Shown here piece after piece: positions 31,320-42,038 of a stretch of 64,000 bases of DNA. Within the stretch, counting starts at the first letter, position 1. Each line of letters starts with the position of its first letter. The notes under the pieces are model-generated. The model worked only from the letters and a program-made list of their open reading frames with translations, was not told the DNA's origin and made no database searches. Origin of the DNA: Flavobacterium sp. (lineage in GTDB: Bacteria > Bacteroidota > Bacteroidia > Flavobacteriales > Flavobacteriaceae); assembly GCA_016714905.1 (NCBI GenBank), contig JADKBW010000014.1, forward strand, positions 8,987 through 72,986, in the 5' to 3' direction. Both the position numbers and the translations under genes were made by a program.

Positions 31320-32312
31320 CTAATTTATTTTTTTAGAAATAAAGATATATTTAAATAGTTCTTTATTCCAACCTATCCGTTTTTTCCATTCAAAAAAAGT
31401 CTCGTTTTTATAATCAAAACCTTCTTTCCAATAAAATCTTGGCGATATATAACAAGATACAAATGGCACTAAATAATTACTATTATTTGCAGTTTTTACA
31501 ATAGATGATTGTTCTTCATTTCGACTAATAGAACTTGGATAAATAAAAGTAATCGCTCTTTTTTGTGCTTCTACTTTTAATTGATTAGAAACGGTTTTAT
31601 AATCAATTTCTATTTTTTTTAGGCTATAATTGTTGTAAACTGTCCCTTCACCAACTCTATCTATTGGTCTTAGTTGTACAATATCAATAGCATACTGCTT
31701 ATATGAAGTAAATAAATCAGTTAATTCGTAAAAGTTGTCTTCATTAAAGGTATAGTTTATCCGTAATAACAATTGAGGGTTTGTCTTTTTTTGTTCAGAT
31801 ATTAAAGCTAATGTTTGATGAAATAAATCGAAACTTCCCTTTTCCATAAAACTTTCATAAGTTTCTTTGGTAACTCCGTGAACAGAGATAATAAATTCAT
31901 TTAATCCTGCATTAACATAATTAGTTATATCTACTTCAGTTAATAAATTACCATTAGTAACCATACTAATATGTGGTACCTTATATCGTTTAGCTATTGC
32001 AATCAATTTTTGGTTATGTTTAAAAAGTGTTGGTTCGGCAGCACAACCTATTTGAAGTTTTAAAGCATTTTTAAAACTTACCTTTGCTATTTGTTCAAGG
32101 TCTTCTTCTTTTAAAACTCCTTTCATTTTTTCTTTAACGTAGTTATCATTGCTGAAATTGCACATTTTACAACGAAAATTGCACGCTAAAGCAGGATCTA
32201 AAAAAACTCCCAAGGTTCTTCTATTAGTCACATTAAGTAGCCATAGCCCAAAAAATTTTATGCGATGACTTTTTATTAAATGATTTATTTTGAGAAGATT
32301 ATATACTTTCAT
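31320..32312 (-). CDS. Radical SAM protein
   Basis: CNFRCKMC (CxxxCxxC), AEPTL and MVTNGNLL motifs; AT-rich. Confidence 0.9.
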   Translation of the reverse strand: MKVYNLLKINHLIKSHRIKFFGLWLLNVTNRRTLGVFLDPALACNFRCKMCNFSNDNYVKEKMKGVLKEEDLEQIAKVSFKNALKLQIGCAAEPTLFKHNQKLIAIAKRYKVPHISMVTNGNLLTEVDITNYVNAGLNEFIISVHGVTKETYESFMEKGSFDLFHQTLALISEQKKTNPQLLLRINYTFNEDNFYELTDLFTSYKQYAIDIVQLRPIDRVGEGTVYNNYSLKKIEIDYKTVSNQLKVEAQKRAITFIYPSSISRNEEQSSIVKTANNSNYLVPFVSCYISPRFYWKEGFDYKNETFFEWKKRIGWNKELFKYIFISKKIN

Positions 32313-32428
32313 GAGTGAGATTATATTTAAATCAAAAGTAATTTTTAATTTGAAAATAAAGCGTACAATTCTTGTCTATACAATTTTATACTTTGTATTG
32401 AATAATCTCATATCTTAGACAGAAATAA

Positions 32429-32758
32429 TTCAAGTATAATATTCTACCTTCTGCAACTACTAGTCCACAAGACCCGCCATTTGTCGAGACTAGAATTCGA
32501 TTAATAACAGAAGAAGGAACACTAATGTTATTTCCAAATCCAAACGATGGAATCTTCAATATAGATAATGCTTCTTCTAGAAAAATCTCCAAAGTATTTG
32601 TAAATAGAATCGATATTGGAAAATTAGTGTTTTTTAATGATTATAATTTTCAAGATACAATTATTGTTGATATTTCTCGCGAAAAAAGCGGAGTCTTTAC
32701 AGTACAAGTTTTCTTAGAAGATGGTGATTTTGAAATTTTTAAAATAATTAAAAAATAG
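32429..32758 (+). pseudogene. 3' remnant of a T9SS cargo gene (CTD only)
   Basis: Open from 32429 after an in-frame stop; LFPNPNDG...SGVF..KIIKK; no signal peptide. Confidence 0.7.
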
Positions 32759-32829
32759 CTTAAAATTCGAAAAACTCCAACCTAACCGTTGGAGTTTTTT
32801 TTATTTCCTACTTTTGTCAAAAAGAATTC

Positions 32830-33810
32830 TTGATTAATCCTGCTGACATATTCTCTATTTCTAATCAAAAGCAATTTGAAAAAATCGCGTTGAAAGTGTT
32901 TCGCTATCAATACGAACACAATTTGGTGTATCATGAATTTTGTCAACATTTAAAAGTAGAAAAACAACAGGTAAAATCACTGCTGCAAATTCCGTTTCTT
33001 CCTATCCAATTTTTCAAAAGCCATCAAGTTGTTTCGGGCGAAAATCCTATTCAAACAACCTTTACGAGCAGCGGCACCACTGGAATGACAACCAGTAACC
33101 ATTTCGTGTCTGACCTTTCGCTATATGAAAATAGCTATCGTCAAGCCTTTTCCCAGTTTTATGGTAACATCGAAGATTATGTTGTGTTAGCCTTGCTTCC
33201 ATCTTATCTAGAACGCGAGGGTTCGTCTTTAATTTATATGGTCAACGACTTAATCGAGAGAACCAACAATCCCGATAGCGGTTTTTATCTTAACAATTAC
33301 GAAGAACTCATCAGCAAACTCACGGCGCTAGATCAGTCGGGCCAAAACGTAATACTTATTGGGGTAACTTACGCTTTGTTGGATTTGATTGAAATGCAAA
33401 AATTCCAATTGCATCATACCATTATCATGGAAACAGGCGGGATGAAAGGCAAACGTAAAGAACTCATCCGCCAGGAATTGCACGAGATTTTGTGCGATGG
33501 ATTTGGTGTTGCTTCCATTCATTCTGAATATGGCATGACAGAATTATTGTCGCAAGCGTACTCTTTGGGGAATGGCGTTTTTGAATGTCCACCGTGGATG
33601 CAGATTTTCATTCGCGATACCGAAGATGCGTTGCAATATGTTGCTGACGGAAAAACCGGTGGCATCAATGTCATCGACTTGGCGAATATTAATTCCTGTT
33701 CCTTTATCGCCACGCAAGATTTGGGCAAAAAAAATCCCAATGCGACTTTCGAAGTATTGGGACGTTTTGACACGAGTGATATTCGGGGTTGTAACTTGAT
33801 GGTAATGTGA
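32830..33810 (+). CDS. LuxE-like acyl-protein synthetase/acyltransferase
   Basis: FTSSGTTG, METGGMKG, SEYGMTEL, IATQDLG and LGRFD..DIRGC motifs. Confidence 0.9.
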   Translation: MINPADIFSISNQKQFEKIALKVFRYQYEHNLVYHEFCQHLKVEKQQVKSLLQIPFLPIQFFKSHQVVSGENPIQTTFTSSGTTGMTTSNHFVSDLSLYENSYRQAFSQFYGNIEDYVVLALLPSYLEREGSSLIYMVNDLIERTNNPDSGFYLNNYEELISKLTALDQSGQNVILIGVTYALLDLIEMQKFQLHHTIIMETGGMKGKRKELIRQELHEILCDGFGVASIHSEYGMTELLSQAYSLGNGVFECPPWMQIFIRDTEDALQYVADGKTGGINVIDLANINSCSFIATQDLGKKNPNATFEVLGRFDTSDIRGCNLMVM

Positions 33811-33813
33811 ATC

Positions 33814-33852
33814 AATTGATAATTGATAATTGATAATTGATAATTGATAATT
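33814..33852. repeat. Heptamer tandem repeat (AATTGAT)x5
   Basis: Directly visible between convergent stop codons. Confidence 0.9.
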
Positions 33853-35146
33853 AAATCATACGCACCACAAAATAATTCTTTTTCCCTCTTTGTAATAATA
33901 CGAATTGATTGTTGATTAAATCTTTTGAAGTCAACAGGAATTCTTCAGCAACTTTTTCTTTATTAACGGCTATTGAGTTCTCAGCCAGCGCGCGTCGGGC
34001 TTCTCCATTCGATTTTAGAAATCCTGTTTTTTCATTTAATAACGTGACAATATCAATTCCGTTTTCTACATCCATTTTGGAGATTTCAGCTTGCGGAACG
34101 CCGTCAAATATTTCTAAGAAAGTAGCGGAATCTAATTGTTTTAAATCGTCAGCACTGGCATTTCCAAATAAAATCCCAGATGCCTGAATAGCTTTATCCA
34201 ATTCCTCTTTGGAATGCACAAAAACCGTCACTTCTTCAGCTAATTTGCGTTGCAATAATCTCAAATGTGGTTCTGCTTGATGCGCTGCAATCAAAGTATT
34301 TATCGTTGCCTCATCCAAAAACGTAAAAATCTTGATATATTTCTCAGCATCAACATCAGTGGTATTCAACCAAAATTGATAGAATTTATACACCGAAGTC
34401 TTATCCGCATCCAACCAAATATTTCCGCCTTCAGATTTTCCGAATTTTGATCCATCGGCTTTGGTAATCAAAGGGCAGGTCATCGCAAATGCTTTCGCGC
34501 CTTCGGGATTCATACGACGCACCAATTCCGTTCCCGTGGTAATATTTCCCCATTGATCACTGCCTCCCATTTGCAATAAACAATGGTAGTGTTTGTGCAA
34601 GTGGTAGAAATCGTACCCTTGAATCAATTGATACGTAAACTCCGTAAACGACATTCCTTCACCTTCGCCGGACAGTCTTTTCTTAACCGAATCTTTCGCC
34701 ATCATGTAATTGACCGTAATTCGTTTTCCCACTTCCCGTGCAAAGTCGATGAAGGAATAATTCTTCATCCAATCGTAATTATTCACCAGAATGGCAGCGT
34801 TTTTTTCAGTCGAATTAAAATTGATAAAACGAGATAATACGCGTTTGATTCCTTCCACATTGTGATTTAAAGTCGCTTCATCAAGAAGATTTCTTTCGTC
34901 AGACTTCCCAGACGGGTCGCCAATCATTCCTGTTGCGCCACCCACCAAGGCAATTGGTTTGTGTCCAAATTTTTCTAAATGAACCAACAAAATAATCGGA
35001 ACCAGACTCCCAATATGCAACGAATCAGAAGTTGGGTCAAATCCGATATAAGTCGTCGTCATTTCTTTCATTAACTGCTCTTCCGTGCCAGGCATGATAT
35101 CATGAACCAATCCGCGCCATTGCAATTCTGCGATAATATTCTTCAT
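33851..35146 (-). CDS. tyrS: Tyrosine--tRNA ligase
   Basis: [23 protein letters not shown] and KFGKS motifs; S4 domain. Confidence 0.98.
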   Translation of the reverse strand: MKNIIAELQWRGLVHDIMPGTEEQLMKEMTTTYIGFDPTSDSLHIGSLVPIILLVHLEKFGHKPIALVGGATGMIGDPSGKSDERNLLDEATLNHNVEGIKRVLSRFINFNSTEKNAAILVNNYDWMKNYSFIDFAREVGKRITVNYMMAKDSVKKRLSGEGEGMSFTEFTYQLIQGYDFYHLHKHYHCLLQMGGSDQWGNITTGTELVRRMNPEGAKAFAMTCPLITKADGSKFGKSEGGNIWLDADKTSVYKFYQFWLNTTDVDAEKYIKIFTFLDEATINTLIAAHQAEPHLRLLQRKLAEEVTVFVHSKEELDKAIQASGILFGNASADDLKQLDSATFLEIFDGVPQAEISKMDVENGIDIVTLLNEKTGFLKSNGEARRALAENSIAVNKEKVAEEFLLTSKDLINNQFVLLQRGKKNYFVVRMI

Positions 35147-35307
35147 TTCAAATTAATTTGCGGCAAAGATAAAATTTAATGTGGAATCGTGGATTTGTTT
35201 AATCGTTTAATCGTTGATTTGGTTGATTGTGCAACTGTGTCATTGTTTTTGTGTTTTTTTAGAATCAGCAAATACACGATTAGCTGATTAAACACTATTT
35301 TTGCCTC

Positions 35308-36309
35308 ATGATACTAGTCACTGGAGCTACAGGTTTGCTCGGATCACATTTGATATTGACCTTGTTGGAAAATCATTCAACCGTTCGGGCTATATTTAGA
35401 AGTGAGATTTCAAAAGAAAAGACAAAAACTTTATTTCAAGAGTATAACAAAGAGCCATTATTCGAAAATATACAATGGATACAGGCAGATATTATTGATG
35501 TTACCACTTTAGAGGCTGCTTTTGAAAATATCGAACAAGTCTACCATTGTGCGGCACAAATTTCTTTTGATCCTAATGACGAAGATTCATTGCGAAAAAG
35601 CAACATTGAAGGAACAGCAAATATTGTGAACTTCTGTATCGATTATAAAATTAAAAAACTTTGTTACGTCAGTTCTATTGCTGCTTTGGGAGACTTGAAG
35701 GAACATGAAACAATTATAACAGAAGCGACCGAATGGAATCCTGAACTTCCCCACAGTGACTATGCCATCTCAAAATATGGGGCCGAAATGGAAGTGTGGC
35801 GCGGCAAACAAGAAGGTTTGAATGTGTTGATTGTCAATCCTGGAGTGATCATTGGTCCTGGTTTTTGGGAACATGGTAGCGGAAAAATCTTTTCAAAAAT
35901 CAAAAATGGAATGTCGTTCTACACGCGAGGGACCACTGGATTTATATCGGTTCATGATGTTGTCAAGTGCATGCTTCATTGTATGAAAATCAATACAAAT
36001 GAAGAACGCTACTGTCTGATTTCTGAAAACCTTTCATTTGATGATGTGCTGGAAAAAATCGCAGATGCGTTGCAAGTGGCGCCGCCTAAATTCTATGCGA
36101 CTCCTTCCATTTCAGCAATTGCTTGGAGACTCGATTGGATTTTTTCATTTTTATTTAGAAAGAAAAGAAACTTGAGCAAACTGATGGTAGCAACTTTACA
36201 TCGAAAAAATCACTACGCTAACGACAAAATAAAATCAATTTATCCTTTTCCGTTTCAAAGTATAAATCACTGTATCGTGACTACCGCTAAAATGTATTTA
36301 CAGCAATAA
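35308..36309 (+). CDS. NAD-dependent epimerase/dehydratase
   Basis: VTGATGLLG and YAISK motifs. Confidence 0.9.
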   Translation: MILVTGATGLLGSHLILTLLENHSTVRAIFRSEISKEKTKTLFQEYNKEPLFENIQWIQADIIDVTTLEAAFENIEQVYHCAAQISFDPNDEDSLRKSNIEGTANIVNFCIDYKIKKLCYVSSIAALGDLKEHETIITEATEWNPELPHSDYAISKYGAEMEVWRGKQEGLNVLIVNPGVIIGPGFWEHGSGKIFSKIKNGMSFYTRGTTGFISVHDVVKCMLHCMKINTNEERYCLISENLSFDDVLEKIADALQVAPPKFYATPSISAIAWRLDWIFSFLFRKKRNLSKLMVATLHRKNHYANDKIKSIYPFPFQSINHCIVTTAKMYLQQ

Positions 36310-36310
36310 T

Positions 36311-36712
36311 CTATTGCACTTGTGGAGTGTCATCGCTAGAAGGAATGGATGGCGCAGCGGCTCCGCCTTTTTTTAACAACAAGTCATTCTCAGACTTTTT
36401 ATTTTGCAATCGCTCATTGACCTGTTCGTACATTTTTTTGTAGGTCTCAATTTGTGAAATATAATATTGGTTACTTCTGACAAATTGCAAACTATCAATA
36501 TTGTATTTCTTATAGATAAACTCTCGAGGTCTTATCGATTGCTTGATAGTATCATAAGGGTTTTGCAATTTTATGGCGTCTAACAATGTTAGGTCATATA
36601 AGATATCGGTCATCTTATCTTCAGCGATGAGGTTATCAGGCTTTTCAATTGGCAGATTATTGCAACCGATTAGACCTAACATTAAACCTAAAATCCAAAT
36701 TATTTTTTTCAT
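36311..36712 (-). CDS. DUF4296 lipoprotein
   Basis: Lipobox LIGC; KPDNLI..DKM..ILYD...IYKKYNIDSLQF. Confidence 0.8.
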   Translation of the reverse strand: MKKIIWILGLMLGLIGCNNLPIEKPDNLIAEDKMTDILYDLTLLDAIKLQNPYDTIKQSIRPREFIYKKYNIDSLQFVRSNQYYISQIETYKKMYEQVNERLQNKKSENDLLLKKGGAAAPSIPSSDDTPQVQ

Positions 36713-36722
36713 TTTCAGTGTT

Positions 36723-38063
36723 TTATCGATCAAACTGCAGCCTTTTTCCGCCACGAATTTCTTTTACTTTAAAATTGGAATAAACCAATTGCCCATTTAC
36801 TAAAGTATGTGTAATTCGTGATTTAAATGTAAATCCTTCAAAAGGAGACCAGCCACATTTATAAAGTATGTTCTCTTTTTTCACACTCCAAGGCAAACCC
36901 GCATTGACAATTACTAAATCGGCAAAGTAACCCACTTTTATAAAACCTCGTTTCTCAATTCGGAAAAGTATTGCTGGGTTGTGCGCTGTTTTCTCGACGA
37001 TCTTTTCAATAGATATTTTTCCTTGATGGTACGCTTCAAAAAGTGCAACCAAAGCATGTTGCACAAGTGGTCCGCCAGACGGCGCTTTCAAATAATTTTG
37101 TTTCTTTTCTTCTAAAGTATGAGGCGCATGATCAGTTGCAATAACATCGATACGATCATCAAGCAAAGCTTCCCAAAGCGCATCTCTGTCAGCACTAGAC
37201 TTTACTGCTGGATTCCATTTGATTAAGTTGCCTTTTGTTTCATAGTCGGCATCGGAAAACCACAGATGATGAATACAAACTTCTGCGGTAATTTTCTTTT
37301 CTTCTACAGGTACTTTATTGCTAAAAAACTCCAATTCCTTGGCTGTCGAGATATGAAAAACATGCAGTCGAGCTCCGGTGCGCTTTGCTAAATCGACAAT
37401 CTTTGCTGTCGACTTATAACAAGCTTCAACACTTCTAATTTCTGGGTGATACTTAACTGGAATTTCATCGCCGTAGATGGCTTTGAATTTTTCGAGATTT
37501 TCTTTTACAGTAGTTTCATCTTCGCTATGTACTGCAATCAATAATTTGGTGTTGGAAAATATTTGCTCCAATTCGGCCGAACTGTCGACAAGCATATCAC
37601 CGGTTGAAGAACCCAAAAACAACTTTAATCCTGCAACATTTTTGGGATTTGTTTTTAGAATTTCTTCTAAATTATCATTGGTTCCGCCCAACATAAAAGA
37701 ATAATTCGCATAGGAATTTTCGGCGGCAATTTTGTACTTTTCTTCTAATATTTCTTGGGTAACTGCATTAGGAATAGTATTGGGTTGTTCGATAAAAGAG
37801 GTAATTCCTCCTGCCACTGCTGCCCTCGACTCTGAAGCGATATCGCCTTTATGCGTCAATCCTGGTTCTCTAAAATGAACTTGGTCATCGATCATCCCCG
37901 GAATCAAGTAATTCCCTTCCGCATCAATAATTTTGGTCGATGGCGATTTTGCGCTAATACTCTCCGCAATTTCCACAATGAATTCGTTTTCAATGAGAAC
38001 ATCTCCCTCAAATACACTTCCTTCATTGACAATTTTAGCGTTCTTAATTAAAATTCTATTCAT
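36723..38063 (-). CDS. pyrC: Dihydroorotase
   Basis: DDQVHFREPG, KWNPA and ATDHAPH motifs. Confidence 0.93.
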   Translation of the reverse strand: MNRILIKNAKIVNEGSVFEGDVLIENEFIVEIAESISAKSPSTKIIDAEGNYLIPGMIDDQVHFREPGLTHKGDIASESRAAVAGGITSFIEQPNTIPNAVTQEILEEKYKIAAENSYANYSFMLGGTNDNLEEILKTNPKNVAGLKLFLGSSTGDMLVDSSAELEQIFSNTKLLIAVHSEDETTVKENLEKFKAIYGDEIPVKYHPEIRSVEACYKSTAKIVDLAKRTGARLHVFHISTAKELEFFSNKVPVEEKKITAEVCIHHLWFSDADYETKGNLIKWNPAVKSSADRDALWEALLDDRIDVIATDHAPHTLEEKKQNYLKAPSGGPLVQHALVALFEAYHQGKISIEKIVEKTAHNPAILFRIEKRGFIKVGYFADLVIVNAGLPWSVKKENILYKCGWSPFEGFTFKSRITHTLVNGQLVYSNFKVKEIRGGKRLQFDR

Positions 38064-38788
38064 TACAAACGATTAAAAAGTTTTCTAATTCTTAAAGAGA
38101 TGACTCCAAAAACAGCTTCTTTTATTATTGCATTGCTCATCTTTGATTCCCCTTTGGTTCGATCTGTAAAAATAATAGGAACTTCAACAATTCGAAATCC
38201 TTTACAAAAAGTACGATATTTCATTTCAATCTGAAAGGCATATCCAATAAAGTGAATTCTCTCAATGTTGATTCCTTCTAAGACACTTCTTTTATAACAA
38301 ATAAATCCTGCTGTTGCGTCATGAATCTTCATCCCGGTAATGATTTTTACATATACCGATGCAAAATAAGACATGAGCACTCGACTGAGCGGCCAGTTTA
38401 CCACATTCACCCCAGTAACATAGCGTGATCCAATAGCTACATCAGCTTCCCCGAAATGACAAGCCTGATATAATTTTTCCAAATCTGCCGGATTATGAGA
38501 AAAATCGGCATCCATTTCAAAAACAAACTGATATTGTCGTGCAAGTGCCCATTGAAATCCATGAACATAAGCAGTGCCTAAACCAGCCTTCTTATTTCTT
38601 TTTTCAAGAAACAATCGATCCTTGAACTCGTTTTGCAGCGCTATCACTTTAGCAGCCGTATGGTCGGGTGAATTATCATCAACGATTAAGACGTCGAAAG
38701 GTTTATGAAGAGAGAAAACCGCTCTAATAATCGTCTCGATATTTTCAATTTCGTTATAAGTGGGGATAATTACAATTCCGTCAGTCAT
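38063..38788 (-). CDS. Polyprenol monophosphomannose synthase (GT2)
   Basis: IIPTYNE, VDDNSPD and EMDADFSH motifs. Confidence 0.92.
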   Translation of the reverse strand: MTDGIVIIPTYNEIENIETIIRAVFSLHKPFDVLIVDDNSPDHTAAKVIALQNEFKDRLFLEKRNKKAGLGTAYVHGFQWALARQYQFVFEMDADFSHNPADLEKLYQACHFGEADVAIGSRYVTGVNVVNWPLSRVLMSYFASVYVKIITGMKIHDATAGFICYKRSVLEGINIERIHFIGYAFQIEMKYRTFCKGFRIVEVPIIFTDRTKGESKMSNAIIKEAVFGVISLRIRKLFNRL

Positions 38789-38966
38789 TCTTTTGGCTAA
38801 ATAATGAACAAAAATAAACTTTTTATGGGAGTTGCTCCTTAAGAAAATGATAATAAAAGGAGATAAATCGAAGAATTGCTTTTTGCTTCAATCCCTCGAA
38901 TCAAAATTAGGTAAAAAGTAAAAACAAGACCAATTATGTAGCTATTTTTAGTATTTTTGCAACGAT

Positions 38967-39632
38967 ATGATAGAAACCGTATTACAGCCAAGAATTATAG
39001 GAATCCAAGACTGGGCAACGATAATTTTTGTAATCTTATTTACGATTATTGCAGTGGTAAAGTCAGTTTTTGAAACGCGCTTTCAAGATTTTATGAAACT
39101 AGTTGTTTCCGACAAATACACGAAAATCTATCGTGATGCTTCTTACTTAATGAGTGGATTTACAATCTTTTTGTTTGTGGTACAATTAATCTCCATCTCT
39201 TTCTTTATACAATTAACGTTGCATCATTTTTATAACCTTTCAAAAACCGACTGGATTTTGTTTGTTCAAATTTGTACTTTCTTAAGTGTATTTGTGCTTT
39301 CAAAATTCCTAATCGAAAAAATAATCGCAACTTCTTTTGCTATTGATGAATTTGCTGATCAATTCAATTTACAAAAGGTGACTTACAGAACGTATATTGG
39401 CGTTTTGCTACTTCCTATCAATGCCATATTGTTTTACAACACAAATACATCAGATTTGTTGTTTTATGGAATTATTACCATTATTGCCGCAACAAATCTG
39501 TTAACTTATGTCGTTTCTTTGAAGAATTATCAAAATTTATTATTCGGCAAGTTGTTTTATTTTATTTTATATCTTTGCGCACTCGAAATAGCACCGTACT
39601 ATTTTATCTATTATTGGTTTACAAAAAGTTAG
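38967..39632 (+). CDS. DUF4271 membrane protein
   Basis: Multi-TM protein ending YFILYLCALEIAP; upstream of HemD. Confidence 0.85.
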   Translation: MIETVLQPRIIGIQDWATIIFVILFTIIAVVKSVFETRFQDFMKLVVSDKYTKIYRDASYLMSGFTIFLFVVQLISISFFIQLTLHHFYNLSKTDWILFVQICTFLSVFVLSKFLIEKIIATSFAIDEFADQFNLQKVTYRTYIGVLLLPINAILFYNTNTSDLLFYGIITIIAATNLLTYVVSLKNYQNLLFGKLFYFILYLCALEIAPYYFIYYWFTKS

Positions 39633-39652
39633 CATATTTAGAAAATGTCAAT

Positions 39653-40402
39653 ATGAAAGTGAAAACAATTTTGGTGTCACAACCGGAACCTAAAGTAGAA
39701 AACTCTCCGTACTTTGACTTGCAGCAGAAGCATAAAGTAAAAGTTGATTTCAGACCTTTTATTCACGTTGAGGGCGTAAATGCTAAAGACGTACGATTAC
39801 AAAAAATTGACCTTAACAATTACTCCGCAATTATTTTGACGAGTAAAAATTCTGTTGATCATTTTTTCAGAGTGGCAGAAGAGATGCGTTTTAAAGTTCC
39901 TGAAGGGCTGAAATATTTTTGTCAATCCGAAGCCATTGCGTTCTATTTGCAGAAATACGTTGTTTACAGAAAACGTAAAATTTATGTTGGTCAAAAAGAT
40001 TTTGCTGACTTATCTCCATTAATCAAGAAATACAAAGACGAAAAGTTTTTGCTTCCTGCTTCTGATCAATTGAATGCAGATGCACCACAGACGTTAAACA
40101 ATCTTAAAGTTGATTGGACACAGGCTACTTTTTACAAAACAGTGATGAGTGACTTGTCAGATTTAGCGGATGTTTATTACGATATTTTGGCCTTCTTTAG
40201 TCCAACTGGGATTAAATCATTATTCATGAATTTTCCCGACTTCAAACAAAATGACACTCGAATCGCTGTTTTTGGCAGCACCACTCAAAAAGAAGCTTTA
40301 GAGCATGGTTTGCGAATTGATATATTGGCACCTACTCCAGAAACACCGTCTATGACCATGGCTTTGGAAAAATATATTGCTGAGGCAAATAAAGGAAAGT
40401 AA
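39653..40402 (+). CDS. hemD: Uroporphyrinogen-III synthase
   Basis: MKVKTILVSQP, ILTSKNSV and FFSPTGI motifs. Confidence 0.85.
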   Translation: MKVKTILVSQPEPKVENSPYFDLQQKHKVKVDFRPFIHVEGVNAKDVRLQKIDLNNYSAIILTSKNSVDHFFRVAEEMRFKVPEGLKYFCQSEAIAFYLQKYVVYRKRKIYVGQKDFADLSPLIKKYKDEKFLLPASDQLNADAPQTLNNLKVDWTQATFYKTVMSDLSDLADVYYDILAFFSPTGIKSLFMNFPDFKQNDTRIAVFGSTTQKEALEHGLRIDILAPTPETPSMTMALEKYIAEANKGK

Positions 40403-40416
40403 AATATAATTATTAT

Positions 40417-40450
40417 AAAAAAAAGAGTCTTCAATGAAGACTCTTTTTTT
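40417..40450 (+). terminator. Rho-independent terminator
   Basis: AAAAAAAGAGTCTTC-AAT-GAAGACTCTTTTTTT. Confidence 0.85.
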
Positions 40451-40463
40451 ATTGAACTATGTT

Positions 40464-40839
40464 TGAATGTAAACTTTCAACTGCACGGATTACCTGCGGT
40501 GATCCCAAATTGGGAGAACTGTCAACAAAACCTAGCCTTTTTCAAAGGCTTGTTTTTCTTTTTTAGAAACTGCTTTTGAAAGTAAACTTTACCACGCTGG
40601 GATTACCTCTGGTGATCCCTATTGGGGAGAACTGTCAATAAAACCTCGCCTTTTACAAAGGCTGTTTTTATTTTGTAGTAAATGCTTATGAAAGTAAACT
40701 TTCACCGACTGAGATTACCTCTGGTGATCCCTGTTGGAGAGAACTGTCAACAAAACCTAGCCTTTTCAAAGGCTTGTTTTTCTTTTTTAGAAACTGCTTT
40801 GAAAGTAAACTTTCAACGCAGTTTCTAAAAAAGAAAAAC
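40464..40839. repeat. Tandem array of three ~112-bp hairpin-rich units plus a partial fourth
   Basis: GTAAAC anchors at 40469, 40582, 40694 and 40805. Confidence 0.9.
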
Positions 40840-40860
40840 CGAAGCTAACGCTTCGGTTTT
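40835..40860 (-). terminator. tRNA-Ser terminator
   Basis: AAAACCGAAGC-TAAC-GCTTCGGTTTT. Confidence 0.8.
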
Positions 40861-40864
40861 ATTG

Positions 40865-40949
40865 CAGAGAGGAAGGGATTCGAACCCTCGATATGTTGCC
40901 ATATACACGCTTTCCAAGCGTGCGCCTTCAGCCACTCGGCCACCTCTCT
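40865..40949 (-). tRNA. tRNA-Ser(GGA)
   Basis: AGAGAGG/CCTCTCT acceptor stem, anticodon loop TTGGAAA, long variable arm, GGTTCGAATCC. Confidence 0.97.
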
Positions 40950-41012
40950 ATTTAATTTTAAGGCTGCAAAGAACCATAAAAAATTCCGTTTAAGAAAATT
41001 AAATTCTAAAAA

Positions 41013-42038
41013 TTATGACATCTCTCCACGTATTGAAGTTTCAAAGATTGTTTTGAAAACATTGGGGGCGACCTTCTGCCCAAGAAGATACATTAACTTA
41101 GTAACCGCAGCTTCTGTAGTACAGTCTTTTCCGGAAATTACACCAATCTTCTTTAATGTTGAACTGGTTTCGTATTGCCCCATATTGACACTACCGCCTG
41201 AACATTGTGTGACGTTTACAATTGGCAATCCCTTTTTGATAGCTTTCTTTAAAGTAGTTATAAACCAATCGTCCGTTGGCGCATTTCCTGATCCATAGGT
41301 TTCAAGAATAGCGCCTTTCAAATTAGGAATATTCAAAATCGCAGAAAGTGTCGTTTCATTGAGTCCAGGGAACATCTTTATAATCACTACCTGATCTTCC
41401 AATTCTTTGTGAACCACTAATTTTTTATTTGATTTAGAAGGACTACTTTCTTGCATGACTTTCAGATGCACACCCGATTCAGCAATGGCAGGAAAATTAG
41501 GTGATGAAAAAGCATTGAAATGCTCCGCATTAATCTTTGTAGTTCGATTGCCACGATACAATTTATATTCAAAATATAGACAAACTTCCTGAATTACAGG
41601 CTTATGCTTATGTTGCAATGACGCTATTTGTATGGCAGTGATCAAATTTTCTTTCGCATCGGTTCGCAAATCTCCAATGGGCAATTGTGATCCAGTAAAT
41701 ACCACTGGTTTAGATAAATTTTCAAGTAGAAAACTTAAAGCAGAAGCCGAATAAGACATCGTGTCAGAACCATGAAGCACAACAAACCCATCAAATTTGC
41801 TGTAGTTCTCTTCGATAATTGTCGCAATTTTAATCCACTTTGCAGGATTCATATTGGAGGAATCAATCGGCGTTTCAAACGAAATCGTCTCAATTTGACA
41901 ATCCAATTGTTTCAGTTCAGGAATGTTTTGAAGTAGTTCAGAAAAGTTGAATGCTTTTAATGCACCGGAATCAAAGTCTTTGACCATCCCGATTGTACCA
42001 CCAGTATAGATCAAAAGAATATTTGGCTTAGTGAGCAT
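41013..42038 (-). CDS. ansA: L-asparaginase type I
   Basis: YTGGTIGM, HGSDTM and TGSQLP motifs. Confidence 0.95.
   Translation of the reverse strand: MLTKPNILLIYTGGTIGMVKDFDSGALKAFNFSELLQNIPELKQLDCQIETISFETPIDSSNMNPAKWIKIATIIEENYSKFDGFVVLHGSDTMSYSASALSFLLENLSKPVVFTGSQLPIGDLRTDAKENLITAIQIASLQHKHKPVIQEVCLYFEYKLYRGNRTTKINAEHFNAFSSPNFPAIAESGVHLKVMQESSPSKSNKKLVVHKELEDQVVIIKMFPGLNETTLSAILNIPNLKGAILETYGSGNAPTDDWFITTLKKAIKKGLPIVNVTQCSGGSVNMGQYETSSTLKKIGVISGKDCTTEAAVTKLMYLLGQKVAPNVFKTIFETSIRGEMS

Noticed and set aside
32830-33810. Bioluminescence (lux) system
   Set aside because: No luxA/B/C/D in the window; a standalone LuxE-like gene does not imply luminescence.
40464-40839. CRISPR array
   Set aside because: Whole ~112-bp units are conserved, the variable parts are only about 10 nt, and no cas genes are present.
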